This document shows positions 9,604 through 22,700 of a DNA stretch of 64,000 nt, one piece after another. Origin of the DNA: an uncultured Gemmatimonadales bacterium (GTDB lineage: Bacteria; Gemmatimonadota; Gemmatimonadetes; Longimicrobiales; Longimicrobiaceae); assembly GCA_963716255.1 (NCBI GenBank), contig OY970303.1:3008001-3072000 (forward strand). The letters run 5' to 3'. A program made the position numbers and the translations under genes. Positions within the stretch are counted from its first letter, which is position 1; the number at the start of each line of letters is the position of its first letter. Below the pieces are notes generated by a model. The model was not told the origin of the DNA, made no database searches, and worked only from the letters and a program-made list of their open reading frames with translations.

Positions 9604-12600
9604 TCAGATTTCACGGAGGAGGCGCTGCACCTCCTCCTCGGAAAGTTCGGCGAGCTTCGCCATCTCCTCCTCCATCTCCCACTCCTCCACCCGAGCCGTG
9701 GGCTGGAGCGTGGACACGCGCTCGGCCAGCGCCGCCACGGCGGGCGCCTCGAACAGGACCCGCACCGGCATCTCCACCCCGAACGCCTCGCGCACCCGCG
9801 ACGCCACGCGGGTCGCCAGGAGCGAATGCCCGCCCAGCTCGAAGAAGTCGTCGTGGATCCCCACCGGCCCGGTGCGCAGGACCTCGGCATAGATCGAGGC
9901 CAGCACCTCCTCCAGCGGCGTGCGCGGCGCCACGTACTCGCGTCCCCCGGCGGCGGTGTCCGGCGCGGGGAGGGCGGCGCGGTCGACCTTGCCGTTGGGG
10001 GTGAGCGGAAGCCTGTCCAGCGCCACGAAGGCGGAGGGGACCATGTGCTCCGGCACCCGCTCGCGCAGGTGCGCCCGCAGCGCGGCGGCCTCGGGCGCCG
10101 CGCCCCCGCGGGCCACCACGTACGCCACCAGCCGGTGCGCTCCGCGGCCCGGCTCGTCCTCGCGCGCGACGACCACCGCGTCGCCGACGCCCGGGTGCGC
10201 CCGCAGGGCGGCCTCCACCTCGCCCGGCTCCACGCGGAAGCCGCGGACCTTGACCTGGGCGTCGGTCCGGCCCAGGAACTCCAGATCGCCGCGCGGCAGC
10301 CAGCGCACGCGGTCGCCGGTGCGGTACAGGCGCGCGCCGCTCCCGCCTCGGAACGGGTCGGGGACGAAGCGCGCGGCCGTCAGCTCCGGCCGCCCGCCGT
10401 AGCCGCGGGCCACGCCGGCGCCGCCCACGTACAGCTCGCCGGGGACGCCCACGGGCACCGGCTCCCGCGCGCCGTCCAGCACGTACGCCGCGGTGTTTGC
10501 GACCGGCCGCCCGATGGGCGGAGTCCCGCCGCCCGCCCGGCACGCGGCCGTGGTGGACCAGATGGTGGCCTCGGTGGGGCCGTACAGGTTGAGGAAGCGG
10601 CGCCCCGGGGCCCAGCGGTCCACCAGCTCGGCGGGGCACGCCTCGCCCGCGGTCATCAGCGTGCGCAGCGCGGGGAGGTCGGCGTCGGGGAGGGCGCCCA
10701 GGGCGGAGGGGGAAAGGACCGCGGCGGTGACGCCCTGCTCGCGCAGCAGGCGAACCAGCTCGGGCCCGGGGACGAGCTCGTCCCGCGTCCCCAGGCAGAG
10801 CGCGGCGCCGCTCCCCAGCGCCATCGCGACCTCGAACACCGAGGCGTCGAAGCTGGGCGAGGCGAGCTGGAGCACGCGGTCGCCCGGCCCCACGCCCAGG
10901 TCTCTCACCTGCGCCCGCGCCACGTTGCACAGCCCGTCGTGGGGAACCAGCACGCCCTTGGGGGTGCCGGTGGAGCCGGAGGTGTAGATGACGTACGCCA
11001 GGTTCCCGGGCAACGGCGGGTGCGAAAGCGGCGCGTCCGCCGACTCGCCGGTCTGCGGCGTGCTTCCGGCTTCGTGGTCCGTACCGTCGCTCCCGTCCAG
11101 CAGCACCACCTCGCCCCCGAAGCCGGGAAGCCGCTCCGCCAGCCCCCCGTGCGTCACCGCCACCCGCACCCCCGAGTCGGCGAGCATGAAGGCGAGCCGG
11201 TCCGCGGGGTACTCGGGGTCCAGCGGCACGTACGCGCCGCCCGCCTTGAGGACGCCGAGCAGGGACGCCACCAGCGCGGGCCCGCGCTCCAGGCACACGC
11301 CCACGCGCGCCTCCGGCCCCACGCCCAGCTCCCGCAGGCGGCCGGCGAGGCGGTCGCCCCAGCCGTCCAGCTCGGCGTAGGAGACGGTCCCGGCGGCGGC
11401 GACCAGCGCGGGGGCGTCGGGGGCGAGGCGGGCGTGCGCCTCGAACAGCTCGTGGAAGCAGATGCCGCGCGGCCGGTCGGCCTCGGTGTCGTTCCACCGC
11501 TCCAGCACCTGCGCCCGCTCCTCCGCCGGCATCAGCGGCAGTGCCGCGACCGGCCGCTCCGGCGCGGCGGCGATCCCCTCCAGCAGCACCCGCAGGTGCT
11601 CCGTCATCCGCCCGATCGTCGCCGGCTCCCACAGCGCCGCGCGGTACGACAGCACGCCGCCCAGCCGCCCGCCCTCCTCGGCCAGCACCAGGCTGAGGTC
11701 GAACTTGGCGGTCTCCTCCTCGCGCGACAGCGGCTCCACCTCCACCGCGCCCATCTCCAGCTCGCCCGGCTCGATGTTCTGGAGCGCGAACAGCGCCTGG
11801 AAGATGGGCGTGTAGCGGAGGCTCCGCTCCACGCGCAGCTCCTCCACCAGCTTCTCGAACGGCACCTCCTGGTGCGCGTACGCCCCCAGCGTCATCTCCC
11901 GCACCCGCCCCAGCAGACCCCGGAAGTCCGGCCCGTCCCCCAGCTCCGCACGCAGCGCAAGCGTGTTCACGAACATCCCGATCAACCCCTCCGTCTCCAG
12001 CCGCGTCCGCCCCGCCAGCGGCGTCCCCACCACCACGTCGTCCTGCCCGCTCCACCGCGACAGCAGCGCCTGCCACGCCGCCAGCAGCGTCATGAACAGC
12101 GTCGCCCCCTCCCGCCGAGACAGCTCCGCCAGCGCCCGCGATGCCTCCGCCGACAGCGCGAACGGCTGCGACGCCCCCGCCTCGCTCATCACCGCGGGGC
12201 GCGGACGGTCCGTGGGCACCTCCAGCAGCGGCGGCGCCCCCGCAAGCCGCTCCCGCCACCAGCCCACCTGCCGCTCCAGCGCCTCCCCCGACAGCCAGGC
12301 GCGCTGCCACGCCGCGTAGTCGCCGTACTGGATGGGCAGCGCCGCAAGCCGCGGCGCGGCGCCCCGCGAGAACGCGTCGTACAGCGCCGAGACCTCGCGC
12401 ACCAGCACGCCCAGCGACCACCCGTCCGCGACGATGTGGTGGAGCGTGAACAGCACCGCGTGCTCCTCCGCCCCGGCACGCACGAGCAGTGCGCGCATCA
12501 GCGGCCCGCGCGCCAGGTCGAACGGCCGCAGCGTCTCCTCGCTGATCAGCCGCCGCGTCTCCGCCTCCCGCGCCTCCGCCGGCAGCCCCGACAGGTCGGC

Positions 12601-15600
12601 AACCGGCAGAGTCACGGAAGCGTCGTCGTGGACCACCTGCACGGGCTCGCCGTCCACCACGGAGAAGACGGTGCGCAGGGCCTCGTGCCGGGCCACCAGC
12701 GCCGCCAGGCTGCGCCGCAGCGCGCCCACGTCCAGCGCGCCCCGCAGGCGCAGCGGGTGCGGCATGTTGTAGGCGGCGCTCTCCGGCGCGAACTGGTGGA
12801 TGAACCACAGCCGCTGCTGCGCGAACGACAGCGGCAGCGGCCCCTCGCGGGGAACCGCCACCAGCGGCGGCACTCCGTCGCCGCCCGCGTGCAGCAGCGC
12901 CTCCAGGCGCTCCGCCGTCCCGCCGAGCGTGGGCGCCTCGAAGAGCGTGCGCAGCGGCAGATCCACCCCGAACGCCTCGCGCACCCGCGCCGTCATCCGC
13001 GTCGCCAGCAGCGAGTGCCCGCCCAGCGCGAAGAAGTCGTCCGACGCGCCCACGCGCTCGGCCTTCAGCACTTCCGCCCAGATGCCGGCCAGGATCTCCT
13101 CCGTGGGCGTGCGCGGCGCCACGTACTCCGCCTCCACCGCGGACTCCTCCGGGTCCGGCAGCGCCCGACGATCCAGCTTGCCGTTGGGCAGCAGGGGCAG
13201 CGCCTCCAGCCTCACCCAGCCCGCCGGCACCATGTACGACGGCAGCCGGTCGGCCAGGTACGCGCGCAGATCCGCCGGAGTCGGCTCCGTCGCGTCGGGC
13301 CCGTCGGACGCGACGACGTAGGCGACCAGGCGCGCCTCGCCCGGCCGCGTCTCCCGCGCGACCACCGCCGCCGCTGCGACGGAGGGGTGCACCCGCAGCA
13401 CGGCCTCGATTTCCCCCGGCTCCACGCGGACGCCCTGCACCTTCACCTGCTGGTCCACGCGCCCCAGGAACTCCAGCACCCCGTCGCGATGACGCCGCAC
13501 ACGGTCGCCCACCCGGTACATCCGCGCCCCCGCATCCCCCGAGAACGGGTCCGGGACGAACTTCTCCGCCGTCAGATCCGGCCGCCCCCCGTACCCGCGC
13601 GCCAGCCCCGGCGTCGCGATGTACGCCTCACCCGGCACCCCCAGCGGGGTCGGCTCCAGCTCCGCGTCCAGCACGAAGACGCGCGTGTTCCGGATCGGCA
13701 TGCCCACCGGCGCGATCGGCCACGCCTCCTCGTCCGCCACCGTGTGCAGCGTGGACGACATGGTGCACTCCGTCGCACCCCACTGGTTCACCACCCGCAG
13801 CCCCGACCCGAACACCGCGTGCGCCCGCCGCACGTCCGCCACCGGCAGCGGCTCCCCGCTCGCCAGCAGCAGCCGCAGCGACCCCGCGACCCCGTCCGAC
13901 GCCTCGGCTTCCGCCAGGATCGGCCGCAGCACCGAGGGCACCACCGCCAGGATCGCCGTGACGCCGTGCTCGCGCATGCGCTCCAGCACCCGCCGCGGAT
14001 CGGCCGTCTCCCCCGCGGGGCTCAGCACCAGGCGCGCTCCGACGATCAGCGGCCCCAGCGTCTCCCGGATGGACGCGTCGAACGTCGGCGTCGCCATCTG
14101 CAGCACCGTGTCGCCCTCGCCCAGCCCATATTCCTCCGCCAGGAACGCCAGGTAGTTGGCCGCGCCCCCGTGCGTCGTTAGCACGCCCTTGGGCGTGCCC
14201 GTGGACCCCGAGGTGTAGATGACGTACGCCAGGGTGTCGGGGTCCGCAGACACCGGGCTCGCGGCGGCGGGAGGGCCCCCACCCGGCTCGCTTAGGCTCG
14301 CCACCCTCCCCCAATTCTGGGGGAGGGCTTCCTGTCCCTCGGCTGCGGGCGTGTCGTTGTCGTGCTCCCCCTCCCCCCTTGCGGGGGAGGGGGCGGGGGG
14401 GAGGGGGGTTCGAGACCCGGCAGAATACCCGAACTCAACGCCGCCATGCTCCCCCTCTCCCCTTGTGGGAGAAGGGGCCGGGGGGTGAGGGGTGTCCACC
14501 ACCACGACCTCCCCCCCGAACTCCGGCACCCGCCCGCGCAGCCCCTCGCCCGTCAGCAGCAGCGACGCGCCCGAGTCCTCAACCACCCAGCGCACGCGCT
14601 CGGCGGGGTGCGACGGGTCCAGCGGCACGTACACGGCGCCCGCCTTGAGCACGGCGAGCAGCGACGCCAGCCACTCCGGGCCGCGCTCCAGGAACACCCC
14701 GATCCGCGTCTCCGGAGCGAGGCGGCGGCGCAGCAGGTCGCGGGCGAGACCGCCGGAGCGGCGGTCCAGCTCGGCGTAGCTCCAGGACCCGCCGTCGAAC
14801 ACGGCGGCGACGGCGTGCGGGGTGCGGGCGGCCTGGCGCTCGAACAGGGCGTGGACGGACAGGTGCCGTTGGGGATCGCGCGTGGGGCCGTGCGCGGCCT
14901 CCAGCACACGGGCGCGCTCCGCGGCGTCCATCAGCGGCAGCGCGAGGACCGGGCGCCTGGGGTCGGCGGCGAGGCCGTCCAGGAGGACGCGGAAGTGCTC
15001 CAGCATCCTCTCCACCGTCGCCGGCTCGAACAGGTCCGCGCGGTACGTCAGCGCCCCGCCGATGGTGGTCCCCGTCTCCCCGGCGGTCAGGCTGAGGTCG
15101 AACTTGGCGGCTCCCCCCTCGGACGTCAGCGCTTCCAGGTGCAGCCCGCCCAGCTCCAGGTCGCCCTCCTCCAGGTTCTGGAAGGTGAACATCGCCTGGA
15201 AGAGCGGTGCGTACGCCAGGCTGCGCTCCGGGGCCAGCTCCTCCACCAGCCGCTCGAAGGGCACGTCCTGGTTGGAGTAGGCGCCCAGGGTGGTGTTCTT
15301 GACGCGGCTCAGCAGCTCGCGCCCGCGGGGGTTCCACGACAGCCGGGTCCGCAGGACCAGGGTGTTGACGAAGAAGCCCACCACCCCCTCCAGCTCCAGC
15401 CGGTTGCGCCCGGCGATCCCCGTCCCCACGCTCACGTCGTCCGTGCCGGCGTAGCGCGCCAGCAGGAGCTGCCACGCGGCGAGAAGCCCCATGAACGGCG
15501 TCACGCCTTCGCGCGCGCAGAGCGTCCGCAGCGCCTGCGCCGTCGCCTCGCCGAAGAGGAAGTCGGCGCGCCCCGCCCGCGTGCCGGGCACCGCCGGCCG

Positions 15601-18600
15601 GGGGTGGTCGGTGGGGAGGTCCAGGGTGGATGGCGCGCCCTTCAGCTTTTCGCGCCAGAAGGCGAGCTGCGCCTCCATGCGCGGGCCGGCAAGCCACTCG
15701 CGCTGCCACACGGCGAAGTCCGCGTACTGCACCGGCGGCTCCGGCAGCGGCGACGCCTCGCCGCGCGAAAAGGCCCCGTACAGCGCCGAGAACTCGGCGA
15801 CGAGGATGCCGGTGCTCCAGCCGTCGCTGACGATGTGGTGCACGGTCAGCAGCAGCGCCCAGTCGTCCTCGCCGGCGCGCAGCAGCGCGGTGCGCAGCAG
15901 CGGACCGCGCCGCAGGTCGAAGGGGCGCAGCGACTCGGCGCGCGCCAGCTCCCTGACCCGGCGCTCGCGCGCGTCCCGCGGCAGCCCGCGCAGGTCCACC
16001 ACGGGGAGCGAGACCGGCCGGGCGGGACGGATGTGCTGCACCGCCTGGCCGTCGCTCTCGCCGAAGACGGTGCGCAGCGCCTCGTGCCGCCGCACGATCT
16101 CGGAGAGCGCCCGCCGCAGCGCCCGCACGTCCAGCGCGCCCCGCAGGCGCAGCGGGAACGGCATGTTGTACGCGGGGCTCCCCGGCTCCAGCCGGTCGAT
16201 GAACCACAGCCGCTGCTGCGCGAACGACAGCGGCAGCGCGCTGCGCGGGTCCCGCGGGACACGCCGGATCCCGTCGGCGGGCGGGGCGGGTGCCGCCGGC
16301 CGGGGATCGGACGGCCCGGGATCGGATGGCACGGTCGGCCCGGCCGACGGGTCCGGGCGCGCGGGCGCTCCGGCCTCCGGCTCGGCGGGCGGGGCGGCCA
16401 GCCGCGCGGCCAGCCCGGCGACGGTCGGCGCCTCGAACAGCACGCGCAGCGGCAGCTCGGCCCCGAACGCCTCGCGCACCCGCGACGTCACGCGCGTGGC
16501 CAGCAGCGAGTGCCCGCCCAGCGCGAAGAAGTCGTCGTGCGCACCCACCCGCTCCACCTTCAGCACCTCCGCCCAGATCCCCGCCAGGCGCTCCTCCACC
16601 TCCCCGCGCGGCGCCACGTATTCCGTCCCGCTCCCGGATTCGGGCGCGGGGAGCGCCCGCCGGTCCACCTTGCCCGTCGGCGTCAGCGGAAGCGCCTCCA
16701 GCACCACCACCACCGAGGGTACCATGTACTCCGGGAGACGGCCCTTCAGCCACCCCCGCAGCTCCCCCGCGTCCACCTCCACTCCCTCCGCCGCCACCAC
16801 GTACCCCACCAGACGGCGCTCGCCCCCCTCCTCCCGCACCGCCACCGCCGACTCCCGCACCCACGCGTGCCCCGCCAGCGCAGCCTCCACCTCCCCCGGC
16901 TCGATCCGGAACCCACGCACCTTCACCTGCGCGTCGGTCCGCCCCAGGAACTCCAGCACTCCCTCCGCGCGCCAGCGCACCCGGTCTCCCGAGCGGTACG
17001 CCCGCGCCCCGGGCATCCCGCTGAACGCGTCCGGCACGAACTTCTCCGCCGTCAGCTCGGGCCGCCCGCCGTACCCACGCGCCACCCCCGGCCCCCCGAT
17101 CCACAGCTCCCCCGGCACCCCCTCCGGCTGCGCGTTCCCCGCCGCGTCGCACACGTACACGCGCACGTTCCCCAGCGGCCCCCCGATCCGGTGCCCCTCG
17201 ACCGCTCCCGACGCCGGCACCCGGTACGCGCACGCGAGCACCGCCGCCTCGGTCGGCCCGTACGTCACGTACGCTCCGGCCGACGGGAACGCCTCCCGCA
17301 TCTCCCCCAGCAGCTCCGGCGGCACCGCCTCGCCCCCCACGAACAGGCGCCGCAGCGCCCGGAGCCGAGGCGCCGCGGAACCGGCGGCCTCGCGCACGAT
17401 CTGCCGCATCAGCGCTGGCACCGCGTGCAGCGCCGTCGCGTCCCCCGCCTCCGCCACCAGCCCGGCCGGGTCCATCACCCGCTCCCGCTCCACCAGCCGC
17501 ACCGCCGCCCCCGCGCTCAGCGGCAGCATCGTCTCGAACAGCCAGATGTCGAACGCGCTGCTCGACAGCACCGGCACCACGTCGCCCGCGCCCATCCCGA
17601 ACGCTTCGCGCGCGGCGTGCAGCAGGTTCGACAGGCTCCCGTGCTCCACGTGCACCCCCTTGGGCGCCCCCGTCGAGCCCGAGGTGTAGATGACGTACGC
17701 CAGGTGCCCGGGGGCCACCTCTGCGGGGCCCCCACCCGGCTCGCTTAGGCTCGCCACCCTCCCCCAATTCTGGGGGAGGGCTTCCTGTCCCTCGGCTTCC
17801 GATGTGTCGTGCTCCCCCTCCCCCCTTGCGGGGGAGGGGGCCGGGGGGAGGGGGGTCTCTCCGTCCATCACCACGATCTCGCCCCCGGACTCCGGCACCG
17901 CCGCCGCCGTTTCCGCGCTCGCGACCACCACGCGCAGCGCGGTGTCGCGCGCGATCAGCTCCAGCCGCCCGGCCGGGTAGGCGGGGTCCAGCGGCACGTA
18001 GGCGCCGCCCGCCTTCCAGATCCCCAGCACGCCCGCGACCAGCTCCGGCGTGCGCTCCACGCACAGACCCACCGGCACCTCCGGCCCCACGCCGAGGCCG
18101 CGCAGGCGCGCGGCCAGTGCATCCGCCCGCGCGTCCAGCTCGGCGTAGGTCAGCGCGCCGGCGGCAAAGAGGACCGCCACGGCGTCCGGCGTCCGGGCCG
18201 CCTGCGCGGCGAAGAGCTGGTGCGCGGGGAGCGGCGGGTACTCGCGCGCGGTGTCGTTCCGGGCGACCAGCACGCGCTCGCGCTCCGCCACGTCCATCAG
18301 CTCGATGTCGGCGAGGCGGCGGTCCGGGTCGGCGGCCATGCCGGCGAGCAGCGCCACGAAGTGCCGCGTCATCCGCTGGGCGGTGGCGTCGTCGAACAGG
18401 GCGGCGCGGTAGCCCAGCCGCACCCCGATGTACTCCTCCTCCCAGATCGACAGCTCCAGGTCGAACTTGGTGGTCGACCCCTCGACGTCGATCCCCTCCA
18501 TCTCCAGCTCGCCCAGCCGGAGCGTCTCCTCCTGCACGTTCTGGAGGGCGAAGAGGACCTGGAAGAGCGGCGTGTGGCGGAGCGAGCGCTCCGGGGCCAG

Positions 18601-19731
18601 CTCCTCCACCAGCTTCTCGAAGGGGAGCTCCTGGTGCGCCTGCGCCTCCAGCACGCCCTCGCGCACCCGGGCGAGCAGCGCGCGCCCGGTGGGGTCGCCG
18701 GACAGGTCCGTGCGGAGCACCAGCGTGTTCACGAACATCCCGATCAGGGGCTCCACCTGCACCGACATCCGACCCGCGATGGGCGATCCCACCACCACGT
18801 CGTCCTGGCCCGCGTAGCGCCCCAGCAGCGCCTGCCAGCCGGCCAGGAGCGTCATGAACGGCGTCGCGCCCTCGCGGCGCGACAGCTCCCACACCGCCCG
18901 CGAGGTGCCCTCGCTCAGCTTCGTGGTGTGCTGCTCTCCATGGGGGTCGGCGGCCGGGCCGCGGGGACGGTCGGTGGGGAGCTCCAGGACGGGAGGGGCG
19001 CCCGCCAGGCGGCGGCGCCAGAAGCCGAGCATCTCCTCCAGCCGCGCGCCGGACAGGTGCTCGCGCTGCCACAGGGCGAAGTCCGCGTACTGCACTTCCA
19101 GCTCCGGGAGCGGCGAGGGCAGCCCGGCGGCGAATGCGGTGTACAGCTCGCTCACCTCGCGCACCAGCACGCTCATGCTCCACCCGTCGCTGACGATGTG
19201 GTGCACGCTGAAGAGCATGGCGTGGTCCCGCGCGTCCAGGCGCACCAGCGTGGAGCGCAGCAGGGGCCCGTGGTCCAGCCGGAAGGGGTGGTCGATGTGC
19301 TCCGCGGCCAGCCGCAGCAGCTCGCGCTCGCGCGGCTCCGCGGGGAGGGCGGCCAGGTCCACCAGGGGAAGCGCGTGCGGCGCGGGAGGGCGGACCACCT
19401 GCACCGGCTCGTCCCCGGCGACGCCGACGACGGTGCGCAGCGACTCGTGCCGCCGCACGATCTCGGTGAGGGCGCGGGCGAGGACGCGGGCGTCCAGACG
19501 GCCGCGGAGCCGCAGCGGGGCGGGAAGGTTGTAGGCGGGGCTCCCGGGCTGCATGCGGTCGGTCAGCCAGAGCCGCTGCTGCGCGAACGACAGTGCGACG
19601 GGGCCCTCCGCCGAGCGCGGCCGGATCCGGCCGGCGGCCCGGCGGGCCGCCGCCTTTTCGCGAAGCACCTTTTCCAGCAGCTGGCGCTGCGAGGCGGACA
19701 GCCCGCCGATCCGGTCCTGCAGGTCGCTCAT
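9604..19731 (-). CDS. Three-module NRPS [C-A-T]x3 (codes ~DIFHFGTVLK unknown; ~DARALSQMSK unknown or acidic; ~DAFVMALIWK Phe-like hydrophobic)
   Basis: 3375-aa ORF with three HHxxxDG, three YTSGSTG and three GGHSLL motifs; no E or TE domain. Confidence 0.95.
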   Translation of the reverse strand: MSDLQDRIGGLSASQRQLLEKVLREKAAARRAAGRIRPRSAEGPVALSFAQQRLWLTDRMQPGSPAYNLPAPLRLRGRLDARVLARALTEIVRRHESLRTVVGVAGDEPVQVVRPPAPHALPLVDLAALPAEPRERELLRLAAEHIDHPFRLDHGPLLRSTLVRLDARDHAMLFSVHHIVSDGWSMSVLVREVSELYTAFAAGLPSPLPELEVQYADFALWQREHLSGARLEEMLGFWRRRLAGAPPVLELPTDRPRGPAADPHGEQHTTKLSEGTSRAVWELSRREGATPFMTLLAGWQALLGRYAGQDDVVVGSPIAGRMSVQVEPLIGMFVNTLVLRTDLSGDPTGRALLARVREGVLEAQAHQELPFEKLVEELAPERSLRHTPLFQVLFALQNVQEETLRLGELEMEGIDVEGSTTKFDLELSIWEEEYIGVRLGYRAALFDDATAQRMTRHFVALLAGMAADPDRRLADIELMDVAERERVLVARNDTAREYPPLPAHQLFAAQAARTPDAVAVLFAAGALTYAELDARADALAARLRGLGVGPEVPVGLCVERTPELVAGVLGIWKAGGAYVPLDPAYPAGRLELIARDTALRVVVASAETAAAVPESGGEIVVMDGETPLPPAPSPARGEGEHDTSEAEGQEALPQNWGRVASLSEPGGGPAEVAPGHLAYVIYTSGSTGAPKGVHVEHGSLSNLLHAAREAFGMGAGDVVPVLSSSAFDIWLFETMLPLSAGAAVRLVERERVMDPAGLVAEAGDATALHAVPALMRQIVREAAGSAAPRLRALRRLFVGGEAVPPELLGEMREAFPSAGAYVTYGPTEAAVLACAYRVPASGAVEGHRIGGPLGNVRVYVCDAAGNAQPEGVPGELWIGGPGVARGYGGRPELTAEKFVPDAFSGMPGARAYRSGDRVRWRAEGVLEFLGRTDAQVKVRGFRIEPGEVEAALAGHAWVRESAVAVREEGGERRLVGYVVAAEGVEVDAGELRGWLKGRLPEYMVPSVVVVLEALPLTPTGKVDRRALPAPESGSGTEYVAPRGEVEERLAGIWAEVLKVERVGAHDDFFALGGHSLLATRVTSRVREAFGAELPLRVLFEAPTVAGLAARLAAPPAEPEAGAPARPDPSAGPTVPSDPGPSDPRPAAPAPPADGIRRVPRDPRSALPLSFAQQRLWFIDRLEPGSPAYNMPFPLRLRGALDVRALRRALSEIVRRHEALRTVFGESDGQAVQHIRPARPVSLPVVDLRGLPRDARERRVRELARAESLRPFDLRRGPLLRTALLRAGEDDWALLLTVHHIVSDGWSTGILVAEFSALYGAFSRGEASPLPEPPVQYADFAVWQREWLAGPRMEAQLAFWREKLKGAPSTLDLPTDHPRPAVPGTRAGRADFLFGEATAQALRTLCAREGVTPFMGLLAAWQLLLARYAGTDDVSVGTGIAGRNRLELEGVVGFFVNTLVLRTRLSWNPRGRELLSRVKNTTLGAYSNQDVPFERLVEELAPERSLAYAPLFQAMFTFQNLEEGDLELGGLHLEALTSEGGAAKFDLSLTAGETGTTIGGALTYRADLFEPATVERMLEHFRVLLDGLAADPRRPVLALPLMDAAERARVLEAAHGPTRDPQRHLSVHALFERQAARTPHAVAAVFDGGSWSYAELDRRSGGLARDLLRRRLAPETRIGVFLERGPEWLASLLAVLKAGAVYVPLDPSHPAERVRWVVEDSGASLLLTGEGLRGRVPEFGGEVVVVDTPHPPAPSPTRGEGEHGGVEFGYSAGSRTPLPPAPSPARGEGEHDNDTPAAEGQEALPQNWGRVASLSEPGGGPPAAASPVSADPDTLAYVIYTSGSTGTPKGVLTTHGGAANYLAFLAEEYGLGEGDTVLQMATPTFDASIRETLGPLIVGARLVLSPAGETADPRRVLERMREHGVTAILAVVPSVLRPILAEAEASDGVAGSLRLLLASGEPLPVADVRRAHAVFGSGLRVVNQWGATECTMSSTLHTVADEEAWPIAPVGMPIRNTRVFVLDAELEPTPLGVPGEAYIATPGLARGYGGRPDLTAEKFVPDPFSGDAGARMYRVGDRVRRHRDGVLEFLGRVDQQVKVQGVRVEPGEIEAVLRVHPSVAAAAVVARETRPGEARLVAYVVASDGPDATEPTPADLRAYLADRLPSYMVPAGWVRLEALPLLPNGKLDRRALPDPEESAVEAEYVAPRTPTEEILAGIWAEVLKAERVGASDDFFALGGHSLLATRMTARVREAFGVDLPLRTLFEAPTLGGTAERLEALLHAGGDGVPPLVAVPREGPLPLSFAQQRLWFIHQFAPESAAYNMPHPLRLRGALDVGALRRSLAALVARHEALRTVFSVVDGEPVQVVHDDASVTLPVADLSGLPAEAREAETRRLISEETLRPFDLARGPLMRALLVRAGAEEHAVLFTLHHIVADGWSLGVLVREVSALYDAFSRGAAPRLAALPIQYGDYAAWQRAWLSGEALERQVGWWRERLAGAPPLLEVPTDRPRPAVMSEAGASQPFALSAEASRALAELSRREGATLFMTLLAAWQALLSRWSGQDDVVVGTPLAGRTRLETEGLIGMFVNTLALRAELGDGPDFRGLLGRVREMTLGAYAHQEVPFEKLVEELRVERSLRYTPIFQALFALQNIEPGELEMGAVEVEPLSREEETAKFDLSLVLAEEGGRLGGVLSYRAALWEPATIGRMTEHLRVLLEGIAAAPERPVAALPLMPAEERAQVLERWNDTEADRPRGICFHELFEAHARLAPDAPALVAAAGTVSYAELDGWGDRLAGRLRELGVGPEARVGVCLERGPALVASLLGVLKAGGAYVPLDPEYPADRLAFMLADSGVRVAVTHGGLAERLPGFGGEVVLLDGSDGTDHEAGSTPQTGESADAPLSHPPLPGNLAYVIYTSGSTGTPKGVLVPHDGLCNVARAQVRDLGVGPGDRVLQLASPSFDASVFEVAMALGSGAALCLGTRDELVPGPELVRLLREQGVTAAVLSPSALGALPDADLPALRTLMTAGEACPAELVDRWAPGRRFLNLYGPTEATIWSTTAACRAGGGTPPIGRPVANTAAYVLDGAREPVPVGVPGELYVGGAGVARGYGGRPELTAARFVPDPFRGGSGARLYRTGDRVRWLPRGDLEFLGRTDAQVKVRGFRVEPGEVEAALRAHPGVGDAVVVAREDEPGRGAHRLVAYVVARGGAAPEAAALRAHLRERVPEHMVPSAFVALDRLPLTPNGKVDRAALPAPDTAAGGREYVAPRTPLEEVLASIYAEVLRTGPVGIHDDFFELGGHSLLATRVASRVREAFGVEMPVRVLFEAPAVAALAERVSTLQPTARVEEWEMEEEMAKLAELSEEEVQRLLREI
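11500..14230. repeat. Long near-identical direct repeat (A C-half, T, C), copy 1; copy 2 at ~21601-24331
   Basis: Offset of 10101 nt at both ends; shadow ORFs 12800..13321 and 22901..23422 translate identically. Confidence 0.9.
14275..14493. repeat. REP-like palindromic cassette (three hairpin units) inserted in frame in an A domain
   Basis: CCCTCCCCCA-ATTC-TGGGGGAGGG at 14304-14327 plus two CCCCCTC(T/C)CCC..GGGAG units near 14367-14408 and 14451-14493. Confidence 0.88.
16480..18350. repeat. Long near-identical direct repeat (A-T), copy 1; copy 2 at ~26497-28373
   Basis: Offset of 10017-10023 nt; the 6-nt indel lies in the palindromic insert. Confidence 0.9.
17728..17856. repeat. REP-like palindromic doublet inserted in frame in an A domain
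   Basis: Same two-hairpin cassette, encoding [16 protein letters not shown]...[18 protein letters not shown]. Confidence 0.88.
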
Positions 19732-19746
19732 TAAAAAACCGTTCGC

Positions 19747-22700
19747 TCAGATGTCCTTGAGGAGCCGCATCACCTCCTCGTCCGAAAGCTCCGCCAGCCG
19801 GGCCAGCTCCTCGTCCACCTCCCACTCGTCCACCGCCGCCGCCGGCTGGAGCGCCGCCACCTGCGGGACGAGCTCCGCCACCGTGGGAAACTCGAAAACG
19901 GCGCGCAGCGGCAGCTCCACCCCGAACACCTCGCGCACCCGCGCGACCACGCGCGTGGCGAGCAGCGAGTGGCCCCCCAGGTCGAAGAAGTGGTCGTGCA
20001 CCCCCACGCGCTCCAGGTTCAGCACCTCGCCGAACACCCGGGCCAGCAGCTCCTCGGCGGCGTTGCGCGGGGCCACGTACTCCCGCTCCGCGGCGGGCCC
20101 TCCGGGCGCGGGGAGGGCGCGGCGGTCCAGCTTGCCGTTGGGGGTGAGCGGAAGCCCCTCCAGCTCCACGAACGCCGCGGGGACCATGTACTCCGGGACG
20201 TGCTCCCGCAGGTGCGTCCGCAGCTCCCCCGCGCCGGGAGCAGGCCGGTCCGCGGGCGCCACCAGGTAGGCGACGATCCGCCGCTCGCCCGGGGAGTCCT
20301 CGCGCACGACGGCCACCGCCTCGGCCACGCCCGGGTGCGACAGGAGCGCCGACTCGACGTCGCCCAGCTCGATGCGGTATCCGCGCACCTTGACCTGGAA
20401 GTCGGTGCGGCCGAAGTACTCCAGCTCGCCGTCCGTACGCCGGCGGACGCGGTCCATCACCCGGTACATGCGCGAGCCCGGCTCGCCGAACGGGTCGGGC
20501 AGGAAGCGCTCGGCGGTGAGGTGCGGCCGTCCCGCGTAGCCGCGCGCCAGCCCGTCGCCGGCCAGGTACAGCTCGCCCACCACCCCCAGGGGCACCGGCT
20601 CCAGGCGCGCGTCCAGCACAAGCGCCCGGGTGTTCGCCACCGGCCGGCCCACGAAGACCTGTGCCCCGCCCCGCTCCACCCGCGAGTAGGTGGAGTAGGT
20701 GGTGTCCTCCGTGGGCCCGTACAGGTTCCCCACGGTCTCCACCGTCCCCAGCGCGTAGAGCGCCTGGGCGAGCACGGCCGGGAGGGGCTCGCCGCCCAGG
20801 TTCAGCGTCCGCACGCTGGGGGGGATGCCGCCCGTGCGCAGCAGCTCGGCGGCGGCGGTGGGGACCATGCTGGCGTAGACGACGGGCTCCTCGACGCCCG
20901 CCAGCTCCAGCGCGTTCTCCACCATCACCAGCTTGCCGCCCCAGGCCAGCGTCCCGAACACCTCCGCCACCGACACGTCGAAGTTGACGGAGGTGGAGAA
21001 GAGCGCCGCGCCGCGCTCCCCGTCCGACACGATCTCCCGCAGCCAGCGCAGCAGCACCACGGTGCTGGACTGGCGGATCATCACGCCCTTGGGGCGCCCG
21101 GTGGAGCCGGAGGTGAAGATGACGTGCGACAGGTTGTCGGGGAGCACGCCGCTCTCCGGCGCCGCATCGGGCTCGGCCTCCACTGCGGCGCGGGCGGCGT
21201 CTAGCGCCAGGACCGGCGTGCCCCCGGGCAGCACCCCCGCGAGGAGGGTGGTGGTGAGGACCAGCGAGACCCCGGCGTCCTCCTGCATGTAGCCCAGCCG
21301 CTCGCGCGGGTAGGCCGGGTCCAGCGGCACGTAGGCGCCCCCCGCCTTGAGCACGGCCACCAGCGCGACGACCAGCTCGGGGGTGCGCGGCAGGCACACG
21401 CCCACGCGGGTCTCCGGGCCCACGCCCAGCCCGCGGAGGTGGTTGGCGAGCCGGTTGGACCAGCGGTCCAGCTCGCCGTAGGTGATCGTGGCCCCCCGGA
21501 ACGAGAGGGCAGGCGCGGCGGGCGTCCTTTTATTCTGTGCCTCTAAAAGATCGCACACTACCTCCCCGGATGGGTAGTCCCGGTCGGTGTCGTTCGACCC
21601 CCCCAGCACCTGCGCCCGCTCCTCCGCCGGCATCAGCGGCAACGCCGCGACCGGCCGCTCCGGCGCGGCGGCGATCCCCTCCAGCAGCACCCGTAGGTGC
21701 TCCGTCATCCGCCCGATCGTCGCCGGCTCCCACAGCGCCACGCGGTACGACAGCACGCAGTGCAGGCGGCCGCCGCGCTCCGCCACGTTCAGGTGGAGGT
21801 CGAACTTGGCGGTCTCCTCCTCGCGCGACAGCGGCTCCACCTCCACCGCGCCCATCTCCAGCTCGCCGCGCTCCGCGTTCTGCAGCGCGAGGACCGCCTG
21901 GAAGATGGGCGTGTAGCGGAGGCTCCGCTCCACGCGCAGCTCCTCCACCAGCTTCTCGAACGGCACCTCCTGGTGCGCGTACGCCCCCAGCGTCATCTCC
22001 CGCACCCGCCCCAGCAGACCCCGGAAGTCCGGTCCGTCCCCCAGCTCCGCACGCAGCGCAAGCGTGTTCACGAACATCCCGATCAACCCCTCCGTCTCCA
22101 GCCGCGTCCGCCCCGCCAGCGGCGTCCCCACCACCACGTCGTCCTGCCCGCTCCACCGCGACAGCAGCGCCTGCCACCCCGCCAGCAGCGTCATGAACAG
22201 CGTCGCCCCCTCCCGCCGAGACAGCTCCGCCAGCGCACGCGACACCTCTGCCGACAGCGCGAACGGCTGCGACGCCCCCGCCTCGCTCATCACCGCGGGG
22301 CGCGGACGGTCCGTGGGCACCTCCAGCAGCGGCGGCGCCCCCGCAAGCCGCTCCCGCCACCAGCCCACCTGCCGCTCCAGCGCCTCGCCCGACAGCCAGG
22401 CGCGCTGCCACGCCGCGTAGTCGCCGTACTGGATGGGCAGCGCCGCAAGCCGCGGCGCGGCGCCCCGCGAGAACGCGTCGTACAGCGCCGAGACCTCGCG
22501 CACCAGCACGCCCAGCGACCACCCGTCCGCGACGATGTGGTGAAGCGTGAACAGCACCGCGTGCTCCTCCGCCCCGGCGCGCAGGAGCAGTGCGCGCATC
22601 AGCGGCCCGCGCGCCAGGTCGAACGGCCGCAGCGTCTCCTCGCCGATCAGACGCCGCGTCTCCGCCTCCCGCGCATCGGCCGGCAGCCCCGACAGGTCCG

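Noticed and set aside
14579..21397. Long alternative-frame minus-strand ORFs (also 26837..32368, 39630..45008, 57648..63155)
   Set aside because: Low-complexity Arg/Gly/Ala/Pro translations expected from stop-codon scarcity at high GC.
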